In this document: positions 15,201 to 31,599 of the stretch, in pieces
Layout: every line of letters begins with the position of its first letter
Numbering within the stretch: position 1 is the stretch's first letter
Origin: the human T2T-CHM13v2.0 reference genome, Homo sapiens
DNA: 64,000 bases
Reading direction: 5' to 3' (one strand)
NCBI RefSeq assembly: GCF_009914755.1
Contig: NC_060933.1
Made by a program: the position numbers and the translations under genes
The notes under the pieces: model-generated
What the model was told of the DNA's origin: nothing
What the model saw: only the letters and a program-made list of their open reading frames with translations
Databases searched by the model: none

Positions 15201-18200
15201 GAATGGAATAGAATGGAATTAACCCGAATAGAATGGAATGGAATGGAACGGAACGGAACGGAATGGAATGGAATGGAATGGAATGGAATGGAATGGAATG
15301 GAATCAACGTGAGTGCAGGGGAATGGAATGGAATGGAATGCAATGGAATGGAATCTTCCGGAATGGAATGGAATGGAATGAAATGCAATGGATTCAACTC
15401 GATTGCAATGGAATGGAATAGAATGGAATGGAATGGAATGGAATGGAATGGAATGGAATGGAATTAACCCGAATAGAATGCAATGGAATGGAATGGAACG
15501 GAATGGAACGGAATGGAATGGAATGGAATGGAATGGAATGGAATGGAATGGTATGGAATGGAATGGAATGGTACGGAATAGAATGGAATGGAATGAATTG
15601 TAATGGAATGGAATTGAATGGAATGGAATGGAATGGAATGGAATCAACGCGAGTGCAGGGGAATGTAATGGAACGGAATGCAATGGAATGGAATCATCCG
15701 GAATGGAATGGAATGGATTGGAATGGAATGGAATCAACCCAAGTGCAATGGAATGGAGTGGAATGGAATGGAATGGAATGGAACAACCCGAATGGAATGG
15801 AATGTAATGGAGAGTAAGGGAGTTGAATAGAATCAATCCGAATGTAATGGAATGGAATGGAACGGAATGGAATTGAATGGAATGGAATGGAATGCAATGG
15901 AATGGAACCAACCCGAGTGCTATGGAATGGAGTGGAATGGAATGGAATGGAATGGAACAACCCGAATGGAATGGAATGTAATGGAGAGTAAGGGAGTTGA
16001 ATAGAATCAATCCGAATGTAATGGAATGGAATGCAACGGAATGGAATGGAATGGAATGGAATGGAATGCAATGGAATGGAATCAACCCGAGTACAATGGA
16101 ATGGAATGGAATGGAATGGAATGGAATGGAATGGAATGGAATGGAATGGAATGATACGGAATAGAATGGAATGGAATGGAATGGAATGGAATGGAATGGA
16201 ATGGAATGGAATGGAATCGTTCCGAGTGGAATAGGAGGGAATGTATTCGAGTGGAATGGAAAGGAATGGAATCAACCAGAGTGGAATGGAAGGGAATGGA
16301 ATGGAATGGAAACTAATAGAATGGAATCAACCCGAGTGGAATGGAATGGAAAGGACTGGAATGGAATGGAATGGAATGGAATCAACTCGATTGTAATGGA
16401 ATGGAATGGAATGGAATGGAATGGAATTAACCCGAATACAATGGAATGGAATGGAATGGAACGGAATGGAGTGGAATGGAATGGAATCAACCCGAGTGCA
16501 GGGGATTGGAATGGAATGGAATGCAATGGAATGGAATCATCCGGAATGGAATGGAATGGAATGGAATGGAATCAACCCGAATGCAGGGGAATGGAATGGA
16601 ATGGAATGCAATGGAATGGATTCAACTTGAATGGAATGGAAAGAATGGAATCAACACGAGTGCAATGGCATGGATTGGAATGGAATGGAATGGAATGGAA
16701 TCAACCCGAGTACAGGGGAATGGAATGGAATGGAATGGAATGGAATGGAATGGAATGGAATGGAATGGAATCAACTCGATTGCAATCGAATGGAATGGAA
16801 TGGAATTAACCCGAATAGAATGGAAGGGAATGGAATGGAACGGAACGGAACGGAATGGAATGGATTGGAATGGAATGGAATGGAAAGGAATGGAACGGAA
16901 AGGAATGGAATGGAATGGAATGGAATGGAATGGAATGGAATGGAATGGAATAGAATGGAATCAACGCGAGTGCAGGGGAATGGAATGGAATGGAATGCAA
17001 TGGAATGGAATCTTCCGGAATGGAATGGAATGGAATGGAATGGAATGGAATGCAATGGAATAATCCCGAGTGCAATGGAATGGAGTGGAATGGAATGGAA
17101 TGGAATGGAACAACCCGAATGCAATGGAATGTAATGGAGAGTAAGGGAGTTGAATAGAATCAATCCGAATGTAATGGAATGGAATGGAACGGAATGGAAT
17201 TGAATGGAATGGAATGGAATGCAATGGAATGGAATCAACCCGAGTGCAATGGAATGGAGAGGAATGGAATGGAATGGAATGGAATGGAAACTACCCGAAT
17301 GGAATGGAATGTAATGGAGTGTAAGGGAATTGAATAGAATCAATCCGAATGTAATGGAATGGAATGGAACGGAAGGGAATGGAATGGAATGGAATGGAAT
17401 GCAATGGAATGGAATCAACCCGAGTGCAATCGAATGGAATCGAATGGAATGGAATGCAATGGAATGGATTCAACTTGAATGGAATGGAAAGAATGGAATC
17501 AACACGAGTGGAATGGCATGGATTGGAATGGAATGGAATGGAATCAACCCGAGTACAGAGGAATGGAATGGAATGGAATGCAATGGAAGGGAATCATCCG
17601 TAATGGAATGGAAAGGAATGGAAGGGAATGGAATGGAATGGAATGGAATCAACTCGATTGCAATCGAATGGAATGGAATGGAATTAACCCGAACAGAATG
17701 GAATGGAATGGAATGGAACGGAACGGAATGGAATGGAATGGAATGGAATGGAATGGAATGGAATGGAACGGAACGGAACGGAAAGGAGCGGAATGGAATG
17801 GAATGGAATGGAATGGAATGGAATGGAATGGAATGGAATCAACGCGAGTGCAGGGAAATGGAATGGAATGGAATGCAATGGAATGGAATCTTCCGGAATG
17901 GAATGGAATGGAATGGAATGGAATGGAATGAAATGCAATGGATTCAACTCGATTGCAATGGAATGGAATAGAATGGAATGGAATGGAATGGAATTAACCC
18001 GAATAGAATGGAATGGAATGGAATGGAACGGAATGGAACGGAATGGAATGGAATGGAATGGAATGCAATGGAATGGTATGGAATAGAATGGAATGGTACG
18101 GAATAGAATGGAATGGAACGAATTGTAATGGAATGGGATTGAATGGAATGGAATGGAATGGAATGGAATCAACGCGAGTGCATTGGAATGTAATGGAAGG

Positions 18201-21200
18201 GAATGCAATGGAATGGAATCATCCGGAATGGAATGGAATGGAATGGAATGGAATGGAATCAACCTGAGTGCAATGGAATGGAGTGGAATGGAATGGAAAG
18301 GAATGGAACAACCCGAATGGAATGGAATGTAATGGAGAGTAAGGGAGTTGAATAGAATCAATCCGAATGTAATGGAATGGAATGCAACGGAATGGAATGG
18401 AATGGAATGGAATGGAATGCAATGGAATGGAATCAACCTGAGTACAATGGAATGCAATGGAATGGAATGGAATGGAATGGAATGGAATGGAATGGAATGC
18501 CTTCAAACCGAATGGAATGGAAAGGAGTGGAATCAACACGAGTGCAATGGAATGGAATGGAATGGAATGGAATGGAATGGAATGATACGGAATAGAATGG
18601 AATGGAACGAACTGGAATGGAATGGAATGGAATGGAATAGAATGGAATGGAATGGAATGGAATCGTTCCGAGTGGAATAGGAGGGAATGTATTCGAGTGG
18701 AAAGGAAAGGAATGGAATCAACCAGAGTGGAATGGAAGGGAATGGAATGGAATGGAAACTAATAGAATGGAATCAACCCGAGTGGAATGGAATGGAAAGG
18801 ACTGGAATGGAATGGAATGGAATGGAATCAACTCGATTGTAATGGAATGGAATGGAATGCAATGGAATGGAATCAACACGAGTGCAGGGGAATGGAATGG
18901 AATCGAATGGAATGGAATGGAATGGAATGGAATCAACCCGAGTGTAGGGGAATGTAATGGAACGGAATGCAATGGAATGGAATCATCCGGAATGGAATGG
19001 AATGGAATGGAATGGAATCAACCCGAGTGCAATGGAATGGAGTGGAGTGGAATGGAATGGAATGGAACAACCCGAATGGAATGGAATGTAATGGAGAGTA
19101 AGGGAGTTGAAAAGAATCAATCCGAATGTAATGGAATGGAATGGAACGGAATGGAATGGAATGGAATGGAATGGAATGGAATGCAATGGAATGGAATCAA
19201 CCCGAGTACAATGGAACGGAATGGAATGGAATGGAATGGAAAGGAATGGAATGGAATGGAATGGAATGGAATGGAATCAACCCGAGTGCAATGGAATGGA
19301 GAGGAATGGAATGGAATGGATTGGAAACTACCCGAATGGAATGGAATGTAATGGAGTGTAAGGGAATTGAATAGAATCAATCCGAATGGAATGGAATGGA
19401 ACAGAATGTAATGTAATGGAATGGAATGGAATCAACCCGAGTGCAGGGGAATGGAATGGAATGGAATGCAATGGAATGGAATCATCCGGAATGGAATGGA
19501 ATGGAATGCAATGGAATGGAATGGAATGGAATCAACCCGAGTGCATTGGAATGTAAAGGAATGGAATGGAATGGAATGGAATGGAATGGAATGGAATGGA
19601 ATCAACGCGAGTGCAGGGGAATGGAATGTAATGGAATGCAATGGAATGGAATCTTCCGGAATGGAATGGAATGGAATGGAATAAACCCGAGTGCAATGGA
19701 ATGGAGTGGAATGGAATGGAATGGAATGGAACAACCCGAATGGAATGGAATGTAATGGAGAGTAAGGCAGTTGAATAGAATCAATCCGAATTTAATGGAA
19801 TGGAAGGGAATGGAATGGAATGCAATGGAATGGAATCAACCCGAGTGCAATCGAATGGAATCGAATGGAATGGAATGCAATGGAATGGATTCAACTTGAA
19901 TGGAATGGAAAGAATGGAATCAACACGAGTGGAATGGGATGGATTGGAATGGAATGGAATGGAATCAACCCGATTACAGTGGAATGGAATGGAATGGAAT
20001 GCAATGGAATGCAATCATCCGTAATGGAATGGAAAGGAATGGAATGGAATGGAATGGAATGGAATGGAATGGAATGGAATCAACTCGATTGCAATCGAAT
20101 GGAATGGAATGGAATTAACCCGAATAGAATGGAATGGAATGGAATGGAACGGAAAGGAATGGAATGGAATGGAATGGAATGGAATGGAATGGAACGGAAA
20201 GGAAGGGAATGGAATGGAATAGAATGGAATGGAATGGAATCAACGCGAGTGCAGGGGAATGGAATGGAATGGAATGCAATGGAATGGAATCTTCCGGAAT
20301 GGAATGGAATGGAATGGAATGGAATGGAATGGAATGGAATCAACCCAAGTGCAATGGAATGGAGTGGAATGGAATGGAAAGGAATGGAACAACCCGCATG
20401 GAATGGAATGTAATGGAGAGTAAGGGAGTTGAATAGAATCAATCCGAATGTAATGGAATGGAATGGAACGGAATGGAATTGAATGAAATGGAATGGAATG
20501 CAATGGAATGGAATCAACCCGAGTGCAATGGAATGGAGAGGAATGGAATGGAATGGAATGGAAACTACGCGAATGGAATGGAATGTAATGGAGTGTAAGG
20601 GAATTGAATAGAATCAATCCGAATGTAATGGAATGGAATGGAACGGAATGGAATGGAATGGAATGGAATGGAATGGAATGGAATGCAATGGAATGGAATG
20701 AACCCGAGTGCAATCGAATGGAATCGAATGGAATGGAATGCAATGGAATGGATTCAACTTGAATGGAATGGAAAGAATGGAATCAACACGAGTGGAATGG
20801 CATGGATTGGAATGGAATGGAATGGAATCAACCCGAGTACAGGGGAATGGAATGGAATGGAATGCAATGGAATGGAATCATCCGGAATGGAATGGAATGG
20901 AATGCAATGGAATGGAATGGAATGGAATCAACCCGAGTGTAATGGAATGGAGTGAAATGGAATGGAATGGAATGGAGACAACAAGAATGGATTGGAATAT
21001 AATGGAGTGTAAGGGAATTGAATAGAATCAATCTGAATGTAATGAAATGGAATGGAACGGAATGGAATGGAATGGAATGGAATGGAATGGAATGGAATTT
21101 AATGGAATGCAATGGAATGCAATCAACCCGAGTGCAATCGAATGGAATCGAATGGAATGGAATGCAATGGAATGGATTCAACTTGAATGGAATGGAAAGA

Positions 21201-22329
21201 ATGGAATCAACACGAGTGGAATGGCATGGATTGGAATGGAATGGAATGGAATCAACCCGAGTACAGGGGAATGGAATGGAATGGAATGCAATGGAATGGA
21301 ATCATCCGTAATGGAATGGAAAGGAATGGAATGGAATGGAATGGAATGGAATAGAATGGAGTCAACTCGATTGCAATCGAATGGAATGGAATGGAATTAA
21401 CCCGAATAGAATGGAATGGAATGGAATGGAACGGAACGGAATGGAATGGAATGGAATGGAATGGAATGGAACGGAACGGAAAGGAAGGGAATGGAATGGA
21501 ATAGAATGGAATGGAATGGAATCAACCCGAGTACAGCGGAATGGAATGGAATGGAGTGCAATGGAATGGAATCTTCCGGAATGGAATCGAATGGAATGGA
21601 ATGGAATGGAATCAACCCGAGTACAATGGAATGGAGTGGAATGGAATGGAATGGAATGGAACAACCCGAATGGAATGGAATGTAATGGAGAGTAAGGGAG
21701 TTGAATAGAATCAATCCGAATGTAATGGAATGGAATGGAACGGAATGGAATTGAATGGAATGGAATGGAATGCAATGGAATGGAATCAACCCGAGTGCAA
21801 TGGAATGGAGAGGAATGGAATGGAATGGAATGGAAACTAACCGAATGGAATGGAATGTAATGGAGTGTAAGGGAATTGAATAGAATCAATCCGAATGTAA
21901 TGGAATGGAATGGAACGGAATGGAATGGAATGGAATGGAATGGAATGGAATGCAATGGAATGGATTCAACTTGAATGGAATGGAAAGAATGGAATCAACA
22001 CGAGTGGAATGGCATGGATAGGAATGGAATCAACCCGAGTACAGGGGAATGGAATGGAATGGAATGCAATGGAATGGAATGGAATGCAATGGAATGGAAT
22101 CATCCGTAATGGAATGGAAAGGAATGGAATGGAATGGAATGGAATCGAATGGAATGGAATGGAATCAACTCGATTGCAATCGAATGGAATGGAATGGAAT
22201 TAACCCGAATAGAATGGAATGGAATGGAATGGAACGGAATGGAATGGAATGGAATGGAATGGAATGGAATGGAATGGAATGGAACGGAACGGAACGGAAC
22301 GGAATGGAATGGAATGGAATGGAATGGAA

Positions 22330-23800
22330 TCAACGCGAGTGCAGGGGAATGGAATGGAATGGAATGCAATGGAATGGAATCATCCGGAATGGAATGGAAT
22401 GGAATGGAATGCAAAGCAATGGAATCAACTCGATTGCAATGGAATGGAATGGAATGGAAAGGAATACATTGGAATCAAACCGAGTGGAATGGAATGGAAA
22501 GGACTGGAATGGAGTGGAATGGAATGGAATGGAATGGAATGAAATCAACTCGATTGGAATGGAATGGAATGGAATGGAATGGAATGGAATTAACCCGAAT
22601 AGAATGGAGTGGAATGGAATGGAACGGAACGGAATGGAATGGAATGGAATGGAATGGAATGGAATGGAATGGAATGGAATCAACCCGACTGCAGGGGAAT
22701 GGAATGGAATGGAATGCAATGGAATGGATTCAACTTGAATGGAATGGTAAGAATGGAATCAACACGAGTGGAATGGCATGGATTGGAATGGAATGGAATG
22801 GAATCAACCCGAGTACAGCGGAATGGAATGGAATGGAATGCAATGGAATGGAATCATCCGTAATGGAATGGAAAGGAATGGAATGGAATGGAATGGAATG
22901 GAATGGAATGGAATGGAATCAACTCGATTGCAATCGAATGGAATGGAATGGAATTAACCCGAATAGAATGGAATGGAATTGAATGGAATGGAACGGAACG
23001 GAATGGAATGGATTGGAATGGAATGGAATGGAATGGAATGGAACGGAAAGGAATGGAATAGAATGGAATGGAATGGAATGGAATGGAATGGAATTAACCC
23101 GAATACAATGGAATGGAATGGAATGGAACGGAATGGAGTGGAATGGAATGGAAGCAACCCGAGTGCAGGGGATTAGAATGGAATGGAATGCAATGGAATG
23201 GAATCATCCGGAATGGAATGGAATGGAATGCAAAGCAATGGAATCAACTCGATTGCAATGGAATGGAATGGAATGGAAAGGAATACATTGGAATCAACCC
23301 GAGTGGAATGGAATGGAAAGGACTGGAATGGAGTGGAATGGAATGGAATGGAATGGAATGAAATCAACTCGATTGGAATGGAATGGAATGGAATGGAATG
23401 GAATGGAATGGAATGGAATTATCCCGAATAGAATGGAGTGGAATGGAATGGAACGGAACGGAATGGAATGGAAAGGAATGGAATGGAATGGAATGGAATG
23501 GAATCAACCCGACTGCAGGGGAATGGAATGGAATGGAATGCAATGGAATGGATTCAACTTGAATGGAATGGAAAGAATGGAATCAACACGAGTGGAATGG
23601 CATGGATTGGAATGGAATGGAATGGAATCAACCCGAGTACAGGGGAATGGAATGGAATGGAATGCAATGGAATGGAATCATCCGTAATGGAATGGAAAGG
23701 AATGGAATGGAATGGAATGGAATGGAATGGAATGCAATGGAATCAACTCGATTGCAATCGAATGGAATGGAATGGAATTAACCCGAATAGAATGGAATGG
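22330..23800 (+). repeat. ~820 bp tandem duplication
   Basis: GCAAAGCAAT at 22411/23230, GAATACATTGG at 22462/23281, GAAATCAACTCGATTGG at 22541/23360 and CAACCCGACTGC at 22681/23505. Confidence 0.8.
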
Positions 23801-26800
23801 AATGGAATGGAACAGAACGGAATGGAATGGATCGGAATGGAATGGAATGGAATGGAATGGAACGGAAAGGAATGCAATGGAATGCAATGGAATGGAATGG
23901 AATGGAATGAATGGAATCAACGCGAGTGCAGGGGAACGGAATGGAATGGAATGCAATGGAATGGAATCTTCCGGAATGGAATGGAATGGAATGGAATGGA
24001 ATGGAATGGAATGGAATAAACCCGAGTGCAATGGAATGGAGTGGAATGGAATGGAATGGAATGGAACAACCCGAATGGAACGGAATGGAATGGAGAGTAA
24101 GGGAGTTGAATAGAATCAATCCGAATGTAATGGAATGGAATGGAAGGGAATGGAATGGAATGGAATGCAATGGAATGGAATGGAATGCAATGGAATGGAA
24201 TCAACCCGAGTGCAATCGAATGGAATCGAATGGAATGGAATGCAATGGAATGGATTCAACTTGAATGGAATGGAAAGAATGGAATCAACACGAGTGGAAT
24301 GGCATGGATTGGAATAGAATGGAATAGAATCAATCCGCGTACAGGGGAATGGAATGGAATGGAATGCAATGGAATGGAATCATCCGTAATGGAATGGAAA
24401 GGAATGGAATGGAATGGAATGGAATGGAATGGAATGGAATGGAATCAACTCGATTGCAATCGAATGGAATGGAATGGAATTAACCCGAATAGAATGGCAT
24501 GGAATGGAATGGAACGGAACGGAATGGAATGGAATGGAATGGAATGGAACGGAACGGAATGGAACGGAATGGAATGGAATGGAATGGAATGGAATGGAAT
24601 GGAATGGAATCAACGCGATTGCTGGGGAGTGGAATGGAATGGAATGCAATGGAATGGAATCTTCCGGAATGGAATGGAATGGAATAGAATGGAATGAAAT
24701 GCAATGGATTCAACTCGATAGCAATGGAATGGAATAGAATGGAATGGAATGGAATGGAATGGAATGGAATGGAATGGAATTAACCCGAACAGAATGGAAC
24801 GGAATGGAATGAAACGGAATGGAACGGAATGGAATGGAATGGAATGCAATGGAATGGTATGGAATGGAATGGAATGGTACGGAATAGAATGGAATGGAAC
24901 GAATTGTAATGGAATGGAATTGAATGGAATGGAATGGAATGGAATGGAATGGAATGGAATGGAATCGTTCCGAGTGGAATAGGAGGGAATGTATTCGAGT
25001 GGAATGGAAAGGAATGGAATCAACCAGAGTGGAATGGAAAGGAATGGAATGGAATGGAAACTAAGAGAATGGAATCAACCCGGGTGGAATGGAATGGAAA
25101 GGACTGGAATGGAAAGGAATGGAATGGAATGGAATGGAATGGAATGGAATGGAATGGAATGGAATGGAATCAACCCGAGTACAATGGAATGGAATGGAAT
25201 GGAATGGAATGGAATGGAATGGAATGCAATGGAATGGAATCTTCCGGAATTGAATGGAATGGAATGGAATGGAATGCAATGGATTCAACTCGATTGCAAT
25301 GGAATGGAATAGAATGGAATGGAATGGAATTAAACCGAATAGAATGGAATGGAATGGAATGGAACGGAACGGAACGGAATGGAACGGAGTGGAATGGAAT
25401 GGAATGGAATTGTATGGAATGCAATGGAATGGTACGGAATAGAATGGAATGCAAAGAATTGGAATGGAATGGAATTGAATGGAATGGAATGGAATCAACC
25501 AGAGTGCAGGGGAATGTAATGGAACGGAATGCAATGGAATGGAATCATCCGGAATGGAATGGAATGCAACGGAATGAAATGGAATGGAATGGAATGGAAT
25601 GGAATGCAATGGAATGGAATCAACCCGAGTACCATGGAATGGAATGGAATGGAATGGAATTGAATGGAATGGAATGGAATGGAATGGAATGCCTTCAAAC
25701 CGAATGGAATGGAAAGGAATGGAATCAACACGAATGGAATGGAATGGAATGGAATGGAATGGAATGGAATGGAATGATACGGAATAGAATGGAATGGAAC
25801 GAAATGGAATGGAATGGAATGGAATGGAATGGAATGGAATGGAATGGAATGGAATCGTTCCGAGTGGAATAGGAGGGAATGTATTCGAGTGGAATGGAAA
25901 GGAATGGAATCAACCAGAGTGGAATGGCAGGGAATGGAATGGAATGGAAACGAATAGAATGGAATCAACCCGAGTGGAATGGAATGGAAAGGACTGGAAT
26001 GGAATGGAATGGAATGGAATCAACTCGATTGTAATGGAATGGAATGGAATGGAATGGAATGGAATGGAATTAACCCGAATACAATGGAATGCAATGGAAT
26101 GGAACGGAATGGAGTGGCATGGAATGGAATCAAACCGAGTGCAGGGGAACGGAATGGAATGGAATGCAATGGAATGGAATCATCCGGAATGGAATGGAAT
26201 GGAATGGAATGGAATCAACCCGAGTGCAATCGAATGGAGTGGAATAGAATGGAATGAACCCGAGTGCAGGGGAATGGAATGGAATGAAATGCAATGGAAT
26301 GGAATCATCCGTAATGGAATGGAAAGGAATGGAATGGAATGGAATGGAATGGAATGGAATCAACACGATTGCAATCGAATGGAATGGAATGGAATTAACC
26401 CGAATAGAATGGAATGGAATGGAATGGAACGGAACGGATTGGAATAGAATGGAATTGAACGGAACGGAGTGGAATGGAATGGAATGGAATGGAATGGAAT
26501 GGAATCAACGTGAGTGCAGGGGAATGGAATGGAATGGAATGCAATGGAATGGAATCTTCCGGAATGGAATGGAATGGAATGGAATGGAATGAAATGCAAT
26601 GGATTCAACTCGATTGCAATGGAATGGAATAGAATGGAATGGAATGGAATGGAATGGAATTAATCCGAATTGAATGGAATGGAATGTAATGGAAAGGAAT
26701 GGAACGGAATGGAATGGAATGGAATGGTATGGAATGGAATGGAATGGTACGGAATAGAATGGAATGGAACGAATTGTAATGGAATGGAATTGGATGGAAA

Positions 26801-29800
26801 GGAATGGAATGGAATGGAATCAACGAGAGTGCAGGGGAATGTAATGGAACGGAATGCAATGGAAAGGAATCATACGGAATGGAATGGAATGGAATGGAAT
26901 GGTATGGAATCAACCCGAGTGCAATGGAATGGAGTGGAATGGAATGGAATGGAATGCAATAGAATGGAATCAACTTGAGTACAATGGAATGGAATGGAAT
27001 GGAATGGAATGCAATAGAATGGAATCAACTTGAGTACAATGGAATGGAATGGAATGGAATGGAATAAAATGGAATGATACGGAATAGAATGGAATGGAAC
27101 GAAATGAAATGGAATGGAATGGAATGGAATGGAATCGTTCCGAGTGGAATAGGAGGGAATGTATTCGAGTGGAATGGAAAGGAATGGAATCAACCAGAGT
27201 GGAATGGAAGGGAATGGAATGGAATGGAAACTAATAGAATGGAATCAACCCAAGTGGAATGGAATGGAAAGGACTGGAATGGAATGGAATGGAATAGAAT
27301 CAACTCGATTGTAATGGAATGGATTGGAATGGAATGGAATGGAATGGAATGGAGTGGAATGGAATGGAATCAACCCGAGTGCAGGGGAATGGAATGGAAT
27401 GGAATGCAATGGAATGGAATCATCCGGAATGGAATGGAATGGAATGGAATGCAAAGCAATGGAATCAACTCGATTGCAATGGAATGGAAAGGAATGGAAA
27501 GGAATAAACTGGAATCAAGCCGACTGGAATGGAATGGAAAGGACTGGAATGGAGTGGAATGGAATGGAATGGAATGGAATGGAATCAACTCGATTGGAAT
27601 GGAATGGAATGGAATGGAATGGAATGGAATGGAATGGAATTAACCCGAATAGAATGGAATGGAATGGAATGGAATGGAAAGGAATGGAAGGGAATGGAAT
27701 GGAATGGAATGGAATCAACCCGACTGCAGGGGAATGGAATGGAATGGAATGCAATGGAATGGATTCAACTTGAATGGAATGGAAAGAATGGAATCAACAC
27801 GAGTGGAATGGCATGGATTGGAATGGAATGGAATGGAATCAACCCGAGTACAGGGGAATGGAATGGAATGGAATGCAATGGAATGGAATCATCCGTAATA
27901 GAATGGAAAGGAATGGAATGGAATGGAACGGAAAGGAATGGAATGGAATGGAATGGAATGCAACGGAAAGGAATGGAATGGAATGGAAAGGAATGGAATG
28001 GAATGGAATGGAATGGAATCAACGCGAGTGCAGGGGAATGGAATGGAATGGAATGCAATGAAATGGAATCTTCCGGAATGGAATGGAATGGAATGCAATG
28101 GAATGGAATCAACTCGATTGCAATCGAATGGAATGGAATGGAATTAACCCGAATAGAATGGAATGGAATGGAATGGAACGGAACGGAATGGAATGGAATG
28201 GAATGGAATGGAATGGAATGGAACGGAACGGAACGGAACGGAACGGAACGGAGTGGAATGGAATGGAATGGAATTGTATGGAATGGAATGGAATGGTACG
28301 GAATAGAATGGAATGGAAAGAATTGGAATGGAATGGAATCGAATGGAATGGAATGGAATCAACCCGAGTGCAGGGGAATGTAATGGAACGGAATGCAATG
28401 GAATGAAATCATCCGGAATGGAATGGAATGGAATGGAATGGAATGGAATGGAATGGAATGGAATGCAATGGAATCAACCCGAGTGCAATGGAATGGAGTC
28501 GAATGGAATTGAATGGAATGGAACAACCCGAATGGAATGGAATGTAATGGAGAGTAAGGGAGTTGAATAGAATCAATCCGAATGTAATGGAATGGAACGG
28601 AATGGAATGGAATGGAATGGAATGGAATGGAATGGAATGCAATGGAATGGAATCAACCCGAGTACAATGGAACGGAATGGAATGGAATGGAATGGAATGG
28701 AATGGAATGGAATGGAATGGAATCAACCCGAGTGCAATGGAATGGAGAGGAATGGAATGGAATGGAATGGAAACTACCCGAATGGAATGGAATGTAATGG
28801 AGTGTAAGGGAGTTGAATAGAATCAATCCGAATGGAATGGAATGGAATGGAACGGAATGTAATGGAATGGAATGGAATGCAATCAACCCGAGTGCAGGGG
28901 AATGGAATGGAATGGAATGCAATGGAATGGAATGGAATCGTTCCGAGTGGAATAGGAGGGAATGTATTCGAGTGGCATGGAAAGGAATGGAATCAACCAG
29001 AGTGGAATGGAAGGGAATGGAATGGAATGGAAACTAATAGAATGGAATCAACCCGAGTGGGATGGAATGGAAAGGACTGGAATAGAAAGGAATGGAATGG
29101 AATGGAGTGGAATGGAATGGAATGGAATGGAATGGAATGGAATGGAATGGAATCAACGCGAGTGAAGGGGAATGGAATGGAATGGAATGGAATGGAATGC
29201 AATGGAATGGAATCAACCCGAGTGCAATCGAATGGAATCGAATGGAATGGTATGCAATGGAATGGATTCAACTTGAATGGAAAGGAAAGAATGGAATCAA
29301 CACGAGTGGAATGCCATGGATTGGAATGGAAAGGAATGGAATCAACCCGAGTACAGGGGAATGGAATGGAATGGAATGCAATGGAATGGAATCATCCGTA
29401 ATGGAATGGAAAGGAATGGAATGGAATGGAATGGAATGGAATGGAATGGAATGGAATCAACTCGATTGCAATCGAATGGAATGGAATGGAATTAACCCGA
29501 ATAGAATGGAATGGAATGGAATGGAACGGAACGGAATGGAATGGAATGGAATGGAATGGAACGGAAAGGAATGGAATAGAATGGAATCGAATGGAATGGA
29601 ATGGAATGGAATGGAATCAACGCGAGTGCAGGGGAATGGAATGGAATCGAATGGAATGGAATGGAATGGAATGGAATGGAATCAACCCGAGTGCAGGGGA
29701 ATGTAATGGAACGGAATGCAATGGAATGGAATCATCCGGAATGGAATGAAATGGAATGGAATGGAATCAACCCGAGTGAAATGGAATGGAGTGGAATGAA

Positions 29801-31599
29801 ATGGAATGGAATGGAACAACCCGAATGGAATGGAATGTAATGGAGAGTAAGGGAGTTGAAAAGAATCAATCCGAATGTAATGGAATGGAATGGAACGTAA
29901 TGGAATGGAATGGAATGGAATGCAATGGAATGGAATCAACCAGAGTACAATGGAATGGAATGGAATGGAATGGAATGGAATGGAATGCAATGGAATGGAA
30001 TCAACCAGAGTACAATGGAATGGAATGGAATGGAATGGAATGGAATGGAATGGAATGCAATGGAATGGAATCTTCCGGAATGGAATGGAATGGAATGGAA
30101 TGGAATGGAATGCAGTGGATTCAACTCGATTGCAATGGAATGGAATAGAATGGAATGGAATGGAATGGAATGGAATTAAACCGAATAGAATGGAATGGAA
30201 TGGAATGGAACGGAACGGAACGGAACGGAACGGAACGGAGTGGAATGGAATGGAATGGAATTGTATGGAATGGAATGGAATGGAACGGAATAGAATGGAA
30301 TGGAAAGAATTGGAATGGAATGGAATCGAATGGAATGGAATGGAATGGAATGGAATCAACCCGAGTGCAGGCGTATGTAATGGAATGGAATGCAATGGAA
30401 TGGAATCATCCGGAATGGAATGGAATGGAATGGAATGGAATGGAATGGAATGGAATGGAATCAACCCGAGTGCAATGGAATTGAGTGGAATGGAATGGAA
30501 TGGAATGGAACAACCCGAATGGAATGGAATGTAATGGAGAGTAAGGGAGTTGAATAGAATCAATCCGAATGTAATGGAATGGAACGGAATGGAATGGAAT
30601 GGAATCGAATGGAATGGAATGGAATGGAATCGAATGCAATGGAATGGAATCAACCCGAGTACAATGGAACGGAATGTAATGTAATGTAATGTAATGGAAT
30701 GGAAAGGAATGGAATGGAATGGAATCAACCCGAGTGCAATGGAATGGAGAGGAATGGAATGGAATGGAATGGAAACTACACAAATGGAATGGAATGTAAT
30801 GGAGTGTAAGGGAATTGAATAGAATCAATCCGAAAGGAATGGAATGGAATGGAACGGAATGGAATGGAATGGAATGCAATGGAATGGAATCATCCGGAAT
30901 GGAATGGAATGGAATGCAATGGAATGGAATGGAATGGAATCAACCCGAGTTCAATGGAATGGAGTGAAATGGAATGGAATGGAATGGAGACAACAAGAAT
31001 GGATTGGAATATAATGGAGTGTAAGGGAATTGAATAGAATCAATCTGAATGTAATGAAATGGAATGGAACGGAATAGAATGGAATGGAATGGAATGGAAT
31101 GGAATGGAATGGAATGGAATGCAATGGAATGGAATCAACCAGAGTGCAATCGAATGGAATCGAATGGAATGGAATGCAATGGAATGGAATGGAATGGAAT
31201 CAACTCGATTGCAATCGAATGGAATGGAATGGAATTAACCCGAATATAATGGAATGGAATGGAATGGAATGGAATGGAACGGAACGGAATGGAATGGATT
31301 GGAATGGAATGGAATGGAATGGAATGGAACGGAAAGGAATGGAATGGAATGGAATGGAATGGAATGGAATGGAATGGAATGGAATGGAATCAATGCGAGT
31401 GCAGGGGAATGGAATGGAATGGAATGCAATGGAATGGAATCTTCCGGAATGGAATGGAATGGAATGGAATGGAATGGAATGGAATGGAATTAACCCGAGT
31501 GCAATGGAATGGAGTGGAATGAAATGGAATGGAATGGAACAACCCGAATGGAATGGAATGTAGTGGAGAGTAAGGGAGTTGAATAGAATCAATCCGAAT

